Assembly: GCA_010405405.1 (NCBI GenBank)
Contig: MU004233.1
Span: 1,625,122-1,689,121, forward strand
Reading direction: 5' to 3'
Origin: Microthyrium microscopicum
Lineage: Eukaryota
Length of the DNA: 64,000 bases
Shown here: in pieces, positions 1 through 12,162 of the stretch
How positions within the stretch are numbered: the first letter of the stretch is position 1
Layout: each line of letters starts with the position of its first letter
Notes under the pieces: generated by a model
Told to the model about the DNA's origin: nothing
Seen by the model: only the letters and a program-made list of their open reading frames with translations
The model's database searches: none
Translations under genes and position numbers: made by a program

Positions 1-381
1 GACAGTCTCTGTGGGAAATGCGACGGGTATATCCGTCTCGCGAATTTGGCGGGCGGCGTCTTGGAGATGTCGTGCGCTTTTGCTGCCGTTGAGCTTTAAT
101 GACCAATCCTGAATCCACGCATGCTCTCCCTCTTGCCACGTTGGGGCCGTGATTTCGCCAATGTCTCTTGGGTCTATAACAAGCGTTCTGGTATCTAGCT
201 GAGGGCTTTCGGAGGCCATTGTGACTGTCAAGGGGACAGCGTCCGCGAAGGTATCAGGCTTTGAGAAGGATGTGGCAGCCGTCGCGAAACTGATGGCGCG
301 AGCGCAGAGGAGAATCGGTACACAAGTCTTGTCATTGGAGAAGTATTTTTGGAAGGGGGCAATGGATCTGAATCGTAGCAT
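1..381 (-). CDS. SUA5: Threonylcarbamoyl-AMP synthase Sua5, 5' part (runs off the left edge of the window)
   Basis: Manual minus-strand translation is open from ATG 381 (MLRFRSIAPF...) through a second in-frame ATG at 219 (MASESPQLDT...) to ...IRETDIPVAFPTETV at position 1. VAFPTETV is the Sua5/YrdC signature. Not in the ORF track. Confidence 0.9.
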   Translation of the reverse strand, partial: MLRFRSIAPFQKYFSNDKTCVPILLCARAISFATAATSFSKPDTFADAVPLTVTMASESPQLDTRTLVIDPRDIGEITAPTWQEGEHAWIQDWSLKLNGSKSARHLQDAARQIRETDIPVAFPTETV

Positions 382-2044
382 TAACGCATTTGAGTAGTTG
401 AGGAGTTTAAGTTTTTGGGGATGGATGCGGTTGAGTCACGAAAACTTGCCAAACATTTCATCCTTGCCTGTTTGGGACATTTGACAAGGGTCTGACAACG
501 ACATCCAAAATCTTGATCTCAACACTCCCATTGTTTGCATCTGAGAGGTCCATCTTTGTCCTTATGAGTTTGGCTAAGACAATGCTCTTGCGAAACCTTC
601 GAAGCAAATATGAGGCTAGTCTATATTTAAAGCAGCTCGACTTTTAGAACAGCTTTGGACGCACCGAGCAGACAGCGTGCAGCGCAAGCTTACACCAAAT
701 GCTCGCCTCGCGGGAGAAGCTGTGCTAGATCTTTCTCTTATGCTAGGATTGGACTCAAAGATACGACACTTCGACTGGATGTATCTCAGAGGTGCGATAT
801 GGGACACGGTCGTCACTTCTGGGAAACAGCTTATTCGATAGACCGCCATATTCTCGAATCTTGAAATCGAGCTCTAGGGAGCCAGAGGAAAGCTCTTGGC
901 CATGACATGGACATCGTCACTACTACTACTAAGTAAGGTATTCATAAACTCTTCTCGTGAAGTCATCAACTTCGACCTATATTGTTCAAGATGACACTTT
1001 TCTGCTGCCTGCGCCATTAGCCGCAACATACATTCGAGGTCGAAGATTCAGAATCACCTAGCCATATAGCGAGAGCCGAAATGCTGGACATTAGTAAGAA
1101 CTGATATCTTTTATGGTTCAACTCGTCAATCGCGCCCGTCTCATTGGCAATGACAGCGATAGCCATGGAAGCATAAGAGACGACTCATCACACAACAGCG
1201 GAACAATACCTCTTCACAACACGGAATCATTCACGTCCTGCAAATCTCACATCTGGTCAGCAAATAAGTAAGATGAGGCTATTTAGTTGCTAGCGGCTCG
1301 CATATCGACAGAACTTTCTCTCGACACCTATGATGAAAATCTGGGTTCGAAAATAAAACTAGAGGCGAAGAGTGAGCGACATCCCCAGCATTACTTCCTA
1401 GTAGGCGCCGTCGAAAAGAGCAAGATGAATATCGCTGTATATCGCAAGATTCTAGGATCCAGCCTTGCTAGTTTCAATCTGATGCAAGGTCACAAAGACG
1501 CGATTCTGCACTCCACCTCAGAACTTCCCCTGCTATCTCTTGGGCCCAAGATCGCGAGAAGAATTATGAACCTCGCATTAGCAACTTCACTTTCCATATC
1601 TCCGATATGCGAAGTGATGTTCTCGCACCATGAGCTAATCTTGCGCCCTTATATAGAACCAAACTTCTCCCGGAAACCTTTAAGTCTTCTCTTCTCATCA
1701 ACCACCCTCAAAAGACTCTTGTCTTCCCAATCAGCTCAACCAGAGCATCTGACCTTATTCGAATTCATCACTTAGACTTGAATATGGCACTCTCTAACGA
1801 CAATCCCTCTGGAGGGGTACCGGCTCCTAATTCTTTCGGGGTCAATGGAATCACAATAGAGTTTCCTGCTCAGCTCACTGGCATCGGAGATAAGGACAAA
1901 CGAGAGGAATTGCTAAAGTCTCATCCTATAGAGCTTGTGCAGCTCCTGGAGAACGAAGTTCATCCATCATCCTCCTGACTACCTTCAACCACCATCCTCG
2001 CCGAACGCTGCCACAATTCAAAGCTCTCAACAACAGCCATCATC

Positions 2045-3291
2045 ATGTCCCTCTACGCTCTGTCAAACAACCCATACCCCTACTTGCAAACTGTTGTTCC
2101 TCCTGAAATTCGAGTCTTGATATTTCAATATCTCCTCGTTGGCCAGAACAATTGCATGCTCTCACCAGATGTGTATTATGAATTCTATGTTGATCATTCA
2201 GTTACAAGACCAGCAGGCTGGTTCCCATTACCAGACTCTCCGTACGAGCATGAGCTACAAGTCGGTCAACCACCCCGGAAAAATTCTTTACATCCACAGA
2301 TTCTGGCGACTTGTCGTCGATTCTATCAAGAAGGCTATGCGATCTTGTACAAGCAGAACATATTTGCGCCTATCTGGTCTGATGCTCAGATTGATCTTCC
2401 CCAGCAATCAGGACTATTCAACGTTAATCAATTGTCGCTTATTACAAATCTGATATTTATCAACGCATACCTCGCATCGGAGTTCAGTCTCTCGACAAAC
2501 ACTTATGATTCGCTTCCCAATATCAAGACTGTCACCTTGATCCTGGACAATTACAATGCTTTCGAGGACATGCGGAACTTGGATCTTGCAGACAATGAAG
2601 ACTCTTCAAGTAACCCGCCCCCTTGGGATAACGACCTGCCTGGCATCATTGATAGACTTCGCGAGCCTATCTCCAATCTAGCACGCTTTGAAGTTCGCTT
2701 CGAGAAACGTATCTGCGATTGTCGATCTGAAGTCCTATATGGCGATCAACCCTTGACCTTCCAAAATCTTGCTACGATGATTGCATGGAATTCCGAATGA
2801 CCGACTACTATGTCTGGCTGTGGGCACATCGTCTGCCTCCACACGCCCCATCTGAGCCCAACAACATTGACCAGCTTGATGAAGCGGAAGAGATAATCAG
2901 CATCCCCCAGAGCAGCATCGACTAGGTCAACGGTGGCGAGTCAGCTATCGAGACTATTTCCCCATCAAACGCGATGATTGCCACGAAAACTCCTAATGTC
3001 GATAGTGACTACAAAGTCCACGACGGAGCGAGCTATGCAACTCATCGACGAGCGGCGTACCCGCTTCCCCTTAACTTCCGGCCGCATCAGGCACGCATGC
3101 GCATGATCCGTAGCCAGCTCGGGAATGAAAACAATAAATGGCAATGGTCGTTTTCTACCCAAACATCTTGGCGCCATCCACCACGAATTCAATTGTAGAT
3201 GGTTGCAGTCCAAAATGGCACAGCAAAGGCTATGTGCAAAGTGACAGGAGACTGGGGTCAACAGTCTCGGGTGGAAGAGCTAGAATTTTGA
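2045..3291 (+). pseudogene. F-box-like family member 1, disrupted (frameshift and premature stop); close paralogue of 4287..5600
   Basis: PYLQTVVPPEIRVLIFQYLLVG...PQILATCRRF...ILYKQN aligns with the 4287 gene. Homology switches frame around 2720-2770 (CMEFRMTDYYVWLWAH). TAG at 3196-3198 where the paralogue has CAG. Homology resumes with CKVTGDWG...RVEELEF. Confidence 0.85.
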
Positions 3292-4286
3292 GGCTTGGAT
3301 TTGGATGTATTGAGGCGGAAGATATGGAGGAGGAAGATTTGACAGCCACGCGTTTTATTGCCTCCAACTTTAACTTCCACCTAACGCGTCTTATGTTGTT
3401 AACACGATCATTTCAAAATCGAGATTTTCGCTTCTGAGAAGTATACAAAGCCCTCCCTATACTCCTATGTGACTTCTTGACACCGTTCCCTTTTTCAAAG
3501 AAGTAGATACGATGTACCGAGCCTTGAGTCCCAGCAATCATCCCAGAACTTTCGTTGTTATATCAATACCTGTACTTTTGAACTTACCCGACCGCTATCC
3601 AGTTCTACCCGCCAAATGGGCTTACAGAATAGGCAGTCTAGCGTTTCATCAGGCTCATAAGCTGCCATGGAAAACATGCCAAGTTCCAAATATCAAAATT
3701 TCAGAAGCACCAGCACCGACTCGGGATGCATTCGACGTTGGACGAATGGCTACACGACTCTTGCGATCGAACATGCTCACATCGATAAATCCACACGCCA
3801 GGCTTCTTGCGCGTGGATCAATTGAGCTAACTGAACTCGCAAACCATTGTAACACTGTGTATATTGGAATCCTGCTTCCAGAGGTTTACCTACCAAAAGC
3901 TTTTTAGCTTCAGAACCCAAAAGATCACGGTATGGATGATGCTCTGGTACATGCTCAATATGCTCAATTGAGGGAGACGGAGGTGAAGATCCCATAGAGG
4001 TGCTATGCCCTAGGCTTGCTTTAACCCTTTATAGTAGAGTCACCAAGAGATTCAATTGTCTACCTCACCTACCTACCTCAAGCAGATAGTGATCTTACTA
4101 GACCTAGAGTCGTGTCACTCAGAGTATGGCATCACAAGGTTAGCTCACATTCTTACTTCTTCCCTTAAAACCGTCCTCGCAACTTCGACCATCTCTCCAC
4201 TTTGACCATCAACATCTGACACTTCTCCCTACTTTGGCCCTCCTCTCGAAGAAAAAAATATCACCACCATTCACCGCTCTTACAAT

Positions 4287-5600
4287 ATGTCTTCTACAGC
4301 CTCTTCAATCCCACCACATCCGTATTTACAGAATGTCATTCCACCGGAAATCCGCATCATGATACTGCGATACCTTCTTGTTGGTCCAAATGTCTGCTGG
4401 CTTTCGCCAGAGAGCGCACATGGCGATAAACATCGCTCTAAACCGCGCTGGCGCCCATCAACGACATGCCCGTATGACGAATACCTACCAGATCATGAGA
4501 AGCCTTCCAAACACTCTCTTTATCCGCAGATCTTGGCAACCTGTCGCCAATTCAATATTGAAGGCCATGAGCTTCTATACGGGCAGAATGACTTTCAGAA
4601 CATGTGGGGCGGCGACTTAGGTACAAATGTTCGGCCCCTTAGCTCTGATGCTCTTGCGTCTATCAAGCATCTGATCTTCTGCAATGCATATTTAGCAAGC
4701 GACTTTGGTTACGAGACAGAAGGGATCGCGTCACAGTTCCCAAATGTAAAAAACATAACTCTATACCTTGATAACTACAATGCTTTGGAGAAGACCGGGC
4801 TACAAATTCTGAGCCCTGAGGACGATGAATTTGATAAAACGGATCCGCGACCCTGGGACGACTACCTGCATCCAATCCTCATGATGATTCGGGATCGATT
4901 TCCACACTGGCAACGCTTCGAGGTAAGATTTGAAGAAGAGCAATGCAAATGCAAATCTCTATACAATACTCGACTGGTCAATGGCATTCCTCACGTCGCT
5001 GCTTGCGAAGACAACAATTGCATGGAGTTCCGTCTGCGTGACTATTCGGAGTGGCTGTGGGCACACAAGCGATATCTCCCAGACAACAACGACAGCTCCA
5101 ACGACACCGCGGAAGGAGAAGCTACCGATCAGACTGAGAACAGCACTAGCGAAGTTCCAGAAGACGAGTTATCTACTGCAACAGATCCAGCATCCAATAA
5201 TGCCAAAGCTGTTGTGGTCAAGTCTGACGTCGATACCGAATACCGAATCTATGAAGATCGAGGCTACGCAACCCACAAGCGTGCAAAATATCCCTTGCCA
5301 CTGAGCTTTACACTTCAACACGCACGCATTCGCGTACTTCGACAGCAGCTAGGCAAGAACAGAAACCAGTGGCGATGGTCGTTCTCGACACAGACCTCTT
5401 GGCTGCATCCGCCTCGAATTCAAATGCAGATGGTTGCTGTGAAGGGTCGCAAGAATCGCGAACGCGACACCAAGGTGGAGTGTAAAGTAACAGGCGATTG
5501 GGGCCATATGACGCGAATCGAGGATCTGGAAATTGAAGATGTGGCTGTGGTAGCACCAGAGGAGGACGAAGAGACGGAGGACGAAGAATTGGACTTTTAA
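4287..5600 (+). CDS. F-box-like family member 2 (intronless, 437 aa)
   Basis: Long ORF with N-terminal PPEIRIMILRYLL and ILATCRQF..E...LLYGQN motifs typical of fungal F-box-like hypothetical proteins; C-terminal WSFST...CKVTGDWG; acidic tail. Confidence 0.85.
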   Translation: MSSTASSIPPHPYLQNVIPPEIRIMILRYLLVGPNVCWLSPESAHGDKHRSKPRWRPSTTCPYDEYLPDHEKPSKHSLYPQILATCRQFNIEGHELLYGQNDFQNMWGGDLGTNVRPLSSDALASIKHLIFCNAYLASDFGYETEGIASQFPNVKNITLYLDNYNALEKTGLQILSPEDDEFDKTDPRPWDDYLHPILMMIRDRFPHWQRFEVRFEEEQCKCKSLYNTRLVNGIPHVAACEDNNCMEFRLRDYSEWLWAHKRYLPDNNDSSNDTAEGEATDQTENSTSEVPEDELSTATDPASNNAKAVVVKSDVDTEYRIYEDRGYATHKRAKYPLPLSFTLQHARIRVLRQQLGKNRNQWRWSFSTQTSWLHPPRIQMQMVAVKGRKNRERDTKVECKVTGDWGHMTRIEDLEIEDVAVVAPEEDEETEDEELDF

Positions 5601-5768
5601 GGTTCAGACCTCTGAAGAGCAACATCGAAGGGCGTATTTGGCTCCCGATGGAATGCTAAGATCGTTTCATGTTCAATTGTTGTGTCCACTAGCTATCATA
5701 GAGCATGAATGAACTGAGGCGTCGATGCCTTTTCGTCAACTTGGCAAAAGTAGAAAAACCAAATTGCT

Positions 5769-6944
5769 TCATTTCGCTGATTGTCGTCTGATCGAAAGGT
5801 GGCTAAAGAGGGAGTCCGTTTGGAACCTGACTGTCAGTATCGACTGTATCGTTCGATGTCCCTTTGTCATCCAAGGATGATGCATAATTTCTTCCATCGA
5901 GATGCGATCGCTTGGAGTTCTATTCAACATGCTACTGATGAGGTTTTTGAAGTCTGCGCGATAAACCATTAGCAAACGCTTTCCATACTGTACCCGCAAC
6001 ACGAACCTGCCGACACAAAGTTTGGCACCTTTACAGACCCCGATTTGATTTTCCTATGCAATCCGACCATACTATGATCGTCGAAAGGTACCATGCCACA
6101 AACTAACGTGTAGAGGACAACGCCAAAGCTCCAAACGTCTGCCTCAGGACCAACATACGATTGTGCCTTCAGGAACTCTGGCGATGCAAAATATCCGCTT
6201 CCACAAAATTGGCTCAAAAGACTATTGTGCGAAAAGACACTGGCACAACAAAAGTCAATGATCTTGATATCACCAGCTTTGGTAACGAGAATGTTTTCCA
6301 GCTTCAGATTTCTGTGCACAATTTTGTTCTTGTGACAGTACTCTAGAGCGCTTGCAATCTGTCTTGCAAGTTTCCTTGCCACTTTTTCTTTCAGTCGGCC
6401 ATGAAATATGATGTAGTCGAGCAATTGGCCGCCGTCAATGTACTCGAGGAAGAGATGTGTGTGATATGGAGTATGAACAACATCCCGAAGTGAGCAGATA
6501 CTTGGGTGGGAAAGCAGAGATAGAATGGCTGCCTCATTTCTTGCTCGTTCTCTAATAACATTCGCTGTATCTTGTTCGATTCCAGAATAACCATGCGGAA
6601 TTGATTTGATAGCAACCTGCACAACATTAGTGCCTAACATCAAGTTCTGACTTTACTTTAGATACCAGTTCTCGCTCCGCGCTAGCCTGACACTCAGCTA
6701 AATGCACCTTGCCAGTAGATCCCCGACCGATGGTCTGTTTCAGACTCCATAGCCTGGAATTAGAGTCTTTTAGCCAATGCTTGTCTAATTTCTGTGCTTT
6801 TACCACCGTTGAGTCCGTTGAAACAACGCTAGAGGAGCTTGAATGATGATTTGCATATTTCGTCTGTAGAGATACATAGCTGCTTTTCTTGCAGCAATCA
6901 TTTTGCTCTAAACAGTCTCTCTGATCGTCGTCGTCGAACTCCAT
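5769..6944 (-). pseudogene. Kin1/MARK-like Ser/Thr kinase duplicate, catalytically degenerate and C-terminally decayed
   Basis: IGRGSTGKV, VAIK, LEYIDGGQLLDYII.HGRLKEK.ARK (Kin1-like), DVWSFGVVLY. Introns at 6617-6665 and about 5955-6007. HRD is HRN and DFG is DFC. Kin1-like sequence continues in another frame with a TAG at 5803-5805. The start codon is uncertain. Confidence 0.75.
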
Positions 6945-7672
6945 GGTATCCTCGCTTGTTGAGCTTGTGTCCGACCTGGAGTCCTCCTTTTCCTGCACGC
7001 AATCGATACGTAAGATGATAGATCTCGGCGAGAACTAATTCCACTCTGCCAATGACGAAAAGGCTTGCGCCGCAGTGCTCAGTTGAAGTGTAAGGTTTCT
7101 TGATGGTGAAGACGATCGGTGATGGCAGAAAGCACTCTACGCATGCAGGATATTGCAGGCTGCCGAGCTCAGCCACAGCAATATTGAATGGCTTTTAAAA
7201 ACTGTCGACTTTCGATTCTGCATGATCCTTCGGCTATTTATAGATAACTACTAGATGCCACCAGAAAGAGACCAACCTCTTCTCAATTCAGTTCGAACTC
7301 ACTTTTGATCAATACTTTCCTGCCATGACTCGATTCTGTCTCTTGCTATAAAGAAACTTGAAAAAATTCACAATGTTATCGACGATTCTGGATCAAGAAT
7401 ACAAGTACAGTTGATCCAATTCACCTGCAAGTTATGGCGCGAATCGAGGGTCAAGATACGGACATGTACCAGCTCCCAACCTTTCAATTGTTTTACTATG
7501 TATTGTATATCTGAAAAATCAAGAAGCAGAACTAGTGACTTAACGGAGGCGAAGCACAGCAGAACCTGCAGATTTTACGCCAAAATGGCGTCCCTTCTGA
7601 ATGTTATTGCGGCACAGTTAAATGAGACCTTTAACACTTTCGATTTCAACCCATTTCTTTCTCTATGTAAAC

Positions 7673-9366
7673 ATGTTCGTTCCTTCTCCGGCTTATACGC
7701 CGGTCTCACAATCATGCGACATGACAGATGATAATCGGCAATCTTCCCAATCCGCGCAAGACTCCATAACAATCGCCGACTCGCCTCGACCACTTTCACT
7801 CTTCGACATACAGTCAGCCTTATACCCCGTAAATCCAGATCAAGAAGCTGGAGAGCCATCACCAAAACATATCTCCTACCCGTCGGATGGCCGTTATAGC
7901 CGGGCGGCGACTGTATCACCTGAGGTCGGGGCAGACTCGCCTCAGGCTGCCTGGGCTGAATACGATGCCGATAGTGCAAAAGAAGCTGTGCCGCCGCCAG
8001 AGAAAGAAGCTGTATCTTTCACGGGATACAAACAAGATGACACAATACTTCCCAAATGGGCAGACGGAGGGGAAAGTGAGCCAAACCAAGCGCGACCAAT
8101 TGGTTTTTTACGACGCTTCCGATGGTTTTTCATAGGCTTGTTGATCGGAGTCATACTTGCGCTGGCCGTTGGGCTTGGGGTCGGCTTTGGAATAAACAAG
8201 AAAGAGTTGGTCGCGGTTATGAAATTTCTGCCTAACCACTGCTAACAATTGTTCAGTACGCCAACCAACTCAAATGCCACTGCGACACCTTCGCCCTCTC
8301 CATCAAACTTCTCTCAAGGCGGAGTCTTCAACATGTCTGGATTTGCAATAGGAAGCCAAAACCGAGTATCCGAACCAGACGGCCAAGTGAATCTGTTTTA
8401 CCAGCACTATACTGGCGAGCTACGATGGCTCATCAAGGCCAATGATGACTGGTCAGGAAGCCCGCAATATGTTGTAGCCACGGACGCAAAGAATGCGACA
8501 CCAATTTCAACCGTGATTTTACCCTTGAACGGTTCTTATGCTAAGGTGAGTTGACATGATTTTCTGAGGGCAACGGCTGACACGGTGAAAAGTGGCATGT
8601 GTTCTACATTGACAAGAACAACTATATCCGCGAAAGAATCCGAGAAACAAGCAACGATGACAAATGGACTGACGGTCCTCTGAATGATCTACAGTTGATC
8701 GCCCTGGACTTTCCGCATATTTCCTTTGCGTCAATGTACTGTGCTTGGCTGGGATCAGGAAAAGATGAGGGCATACAACTCTTTTACGCAAGCGACAATT
8801 ATACGATTCAAGAAGTTGACTGGGTTGCAAGTACAGGCAACTGGAACAAGACAGGTTCCATTTCAGCAAACGGACACATCGGCATTGGGAGTTATACTTG
8901 GGATTCAACACACTCTTTGATATATCTTATGGTTGGAAATCATAACAACGAGCTTAACATCCTATGGAAAGATATGAACTCGAGTGTCACGGCGACTCCA
9001 ACACATCCAGTGAAAACATGGACCAACTCGTCAGTCGTCATTCCTGGCCTCTATTCTTCATCAAGTGTTGCTTGGAACAACATCCTTATGCAGCAGATGA
9101 GTAACGGATCAGTGATTGGGAGTAATGTGACGCTTGATGCAGAGAATACTAGGTTAATACCTGGTAGCTCGTTTGAGCTTCCGACAAAGCCTTTGCTGGG
9201 CTCACAGATTTGGATCTGGGAATTCAATGCGGCTATCAAACCTCAAGAATTGACAGTAATCGATCAGATAAATGGGTCGGACCTTACGGCAACGACTATG
9301 ATATTCGGCTCACAGTCGGGGATAGGAAATTTAAGCGGCACTGCAATTGATATTCCTGAAAAGTAA
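7673..9366 (+). CDS. Single-pass membrane protein with a fucose-specific-lectin-like (beta-propeller-type) extracellular domain; 2 introns
   Basis: Disordered N-terminus, TM helix WFFIGLLIGVILALAVGLGVGFG after RRFR, then LFYQHYTGELRW, NATPIS, WHVFYID.NN.IRE, WTDGPL, IQLFY repeats. GT..AG introns at about 8206-8257 and 8546-8592. Many NxS/T sites. Confidence 0.7.
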
Positions 9367-9432
9367 TGTGTAATGTATAATAATCAATAATAATAATGTC
9401 ATAATACTCCATACGTATTTTGAGGAGCGAGG

Positions 9433-10497
9433 GTGCGAATGGAAGAAGACAGGAGAAGTGCTGGGTTGAGCTGCGACGTTTGCAAGTCTATATGCGATGT
9501 GCTTTCAAAGTTGCGGACAGACTCTGATGAATTCTTACAACTGGCCCGTTCCTGGATCAAGAAATGTATAGGACCCAAACATCCAAGCTGTCCTACCTTT
9601 TACTATCCCCGGAGAAAAGACAATAGATAACCCGACAGGTTCTCTCCCGAAACGTCTTCGAAGACTCCCAACGGAAAGTAACGACCAGGAAGTGGTAAGA
9701 TTGATTGACACCAGGACTTCCAATGCTAGTCCAGAGGAACGCTACGATACCTTAAGTCACTGCTGGGGCAGATCGGACTATATTCGCTTGAGTAAAGCCA
9801 TCGTCGAGGAGTTGAAGGATTGACCAAAGAGGCAGAGAAGCTATTCGCCCTTGCCGGAGACGCGGAATTGATGTCGCAGCAAATACTGGGCAAATTGTTG
9901 CCAGATCGTGGCAGAAGCATTTGGCCAGCCAGCTACTTTGGCGAGTTCAGCCACAACTCGAACAAGGCCAATTCTACTATCCGTCGAAGCGCCTAGCAAA
10001 ATATCGTGCCACAAGTTTTTCTTAGACAGCAGTTGATTGAGAGACAGGTGTCATCTGAGACATCAGATGAAAGCGAGCTTCTTTCAGAAGTTCAATCAGT
10101 TCATGTTGTGCCCCAGCGAGTGGACAACCAACATGGACTGATTAAGGATGATTGCTATATTGAGATTACCTGCTCCGTGGACCACATTGAGCTTCTAGAA
10201 AGAGAAGTATCCGATAATGCTTCACATAGCGAGGTGTTGAAAGTCACACAATACATTTGGAAGCCTTCAGGGAATCGCAGACAAGAGAAAGGGAGCATTC
10301 CACCCAGCGTGTTTTTGGACAGTCGTGAGAGGGACTGCAAGAGTATACAGGGCAGAGAAGATCGAATGTACTGCAATCCAGTAGATAGAGATTCAACCGA
10401 TGACCTTGTGTGTCTGTTAGTGCAGCAACTGGAAGAAAAGAAGAAGCATTTTCGTCGCGTAGGGTTGACAACAATTGCACCATTTGAGAGTGCCTAG
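9433..10497 (+). pseudogene. HET-domain (heterokaryon incompatibility) gene relic
   Basis: Fragments in different frames: LARSWIKKC...H..C, LPKRL, VRLIDT, YDTLSHCWG and C-terminal HFRRVGL, all typical of fungal HET-domain proteins. Multiple stops and frameshifts; most of the HET core appears missing. Confidence 0.75.
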
Positions 10498-10517
10498 TAA
10501 GGTGGGTATAGCTGGAT

Positions 10518-10600
10518 GACCATTATTACGTGGCAACAGCCATATTATTCCATGGCAAGAATAGGATCTTAAATAGCGCTAGTTGTAGGGACCCTATGGA
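10518..10600 (+). repeat. Left terminal inverted repeat of the MULE
   Basis: GACCATTATTACGTGGCAACAGCC...GGGACCCTATGGA is the reverse complement of 13535-13617. Confidence 0.95.
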
Positions 10601-11488
10601 ATATCTACCACTTTTATATTAATCTAACCTTAAATGGCAATAGCCTAACTAAATATAGATAATAAATTATATATTACTGCTAAGCCTTACTTCTAACTTT
10701 ATCTTATCCTATATCTAACTTTATATCTTTAACTACTATTACTACTACTAATACTACTATATAATTACTATAATAATATTACTACTAACTAATTAATTAA
10801 TATAAAATTCCTATTCCGTAATATACTAAACCTCCTTATTAATGACGTCTTATTTTTAATATAGTAAGAAGCATATAATATAATTCTTAACTAGTATAGT
10901 AAAGACTATAGTTATACTATTAGAATTAAGAGTAAGAGCCCCTCTATTACTAATCCTAATAATATTTATATTTAGTATTCTAAAAAAGGAGAAAATAAAT
11001 AGCGTAGAGTTATCTAGCGTTAAACTAAGTTAAAGTAGGATAATTATTCTTATAATTATATAATTACTATAAATAGTAACCCTTAAATTCTAGGATAGAT
11101 TATTAACTATTATAATACTTATTATAATTATTCTTTAGTATAATTAGATACTATATACTATATATATTAAGCGTAAGCTTAGAGATCTATTAGAATATAT
11201 TAAGAAATTACTAAATTATCTTATAACCTATAAACTATACCTATTAAGATAAAAGTAACCCTTTAAGATAAATATCCTAATATTCTAATTACTATAATAG
11301 ATATCTATAATATAAGAAGTCTTAATAAGATAATTTAACTTACTAGATGTACTCTAGCTAATATTATAATTACTAAATTAGCCTATTATAATAACTTTAT
11401 TAGTAGGGTATAGGTCGTTAATAATAAGCTTTAGTTTTTACTTATTACTTTAAGGACTTTAATTAATTTATATTAAGCATATTCTAAT

Positions 11489-12162
11489 ATCCTTTTCTTT
11501 AATTTAATATACTAGACTAATTACTATAAGATACTAATATTATATATTAGCGCTTTAACTTTAATATATTTTTACTTTAGTATAGGATTTATTTATATAA
11601 TAAGTAAAGATAAAGTATAATATTAATAGACGCTAGAAGCGTTTAATAAGCTTATTTAAGGTAATATTCCTTTACTAAATATTATCCTTATAAACTACTA
11701 TTTAGCTCTTTGAAAGAACGCTCTCTATAGGATTATTCTTAGCCCTTAATTTATATACTAATTCTATTATATTAAAGCTATGAAGCTATATATTTAGAGC
11801 TACTAGAGTTTAATTTAGTATTAAGGTAATCCTATTAATAAAGCTATAGCATTAAAGACTTAGGAATTAGCCCTTAAGCTCTAATAGAAGGTAGTCTAAA
11901 TCCTTCTACTATTTAAGTTAATTTACTAACTAAATTATAGGTAATTTACGCTCTAATGGAGTAAGAAGTAGACGTAGCCTAGTAAGAGATTAATACTGTA
12001 TTAAATACTAATTCTAAGGGCCTAAAGTTTATATTATACCTTAAAAATACCTAGATACTATAGAAGGAATAAATCTATAATATCTATATTAATATATCTT
12101 AATATTTTAGTATAAAAACAACGTCTTTATTAGAAGGCCTTTATAGCGCTATTAAAGAATAG
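11489..12162 (+). pseudogene. MULE DDE transposase catalytic core (RIP-inactivated), with a 50-bp intron at 11891-11940
   Basis: Reads ILFF[N>D]..Y.TN.YK, VIL[IN>TD]...AL, a CxxH-like segment, then after GTAGTC..CTAAC..TAG: YLKNT[*>W] and [Y>H]F[S>G].KTTS..EGL[Y>H]SAIKE[*>W]. The intron restores the reading frame exactly. Confidence 0.8.

Noticed and set aside
616..1978. Short ORFs (1287..1775, 1778..1978 and others) between SUA5 and family member 1
   Set aside because: Mostly non-ATG starts and no recognisable motifs; 1778..1978 looks mildly protein-like but cannot be supported.
3196..3198. Premature TAG as an A-to-I editing-restored (TAG>TGG) codon
   Set aside because: The paralogue has CAG (Gln), not TGG, at this position and the gene also carries a frameshift, so a C>T mutation is the simpler explanation.
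3512..3907. 131-aa ORF between the two left paralogues
   Set aside because: No motif, no similarity to neighbours and no supporting splice or promoter signal.
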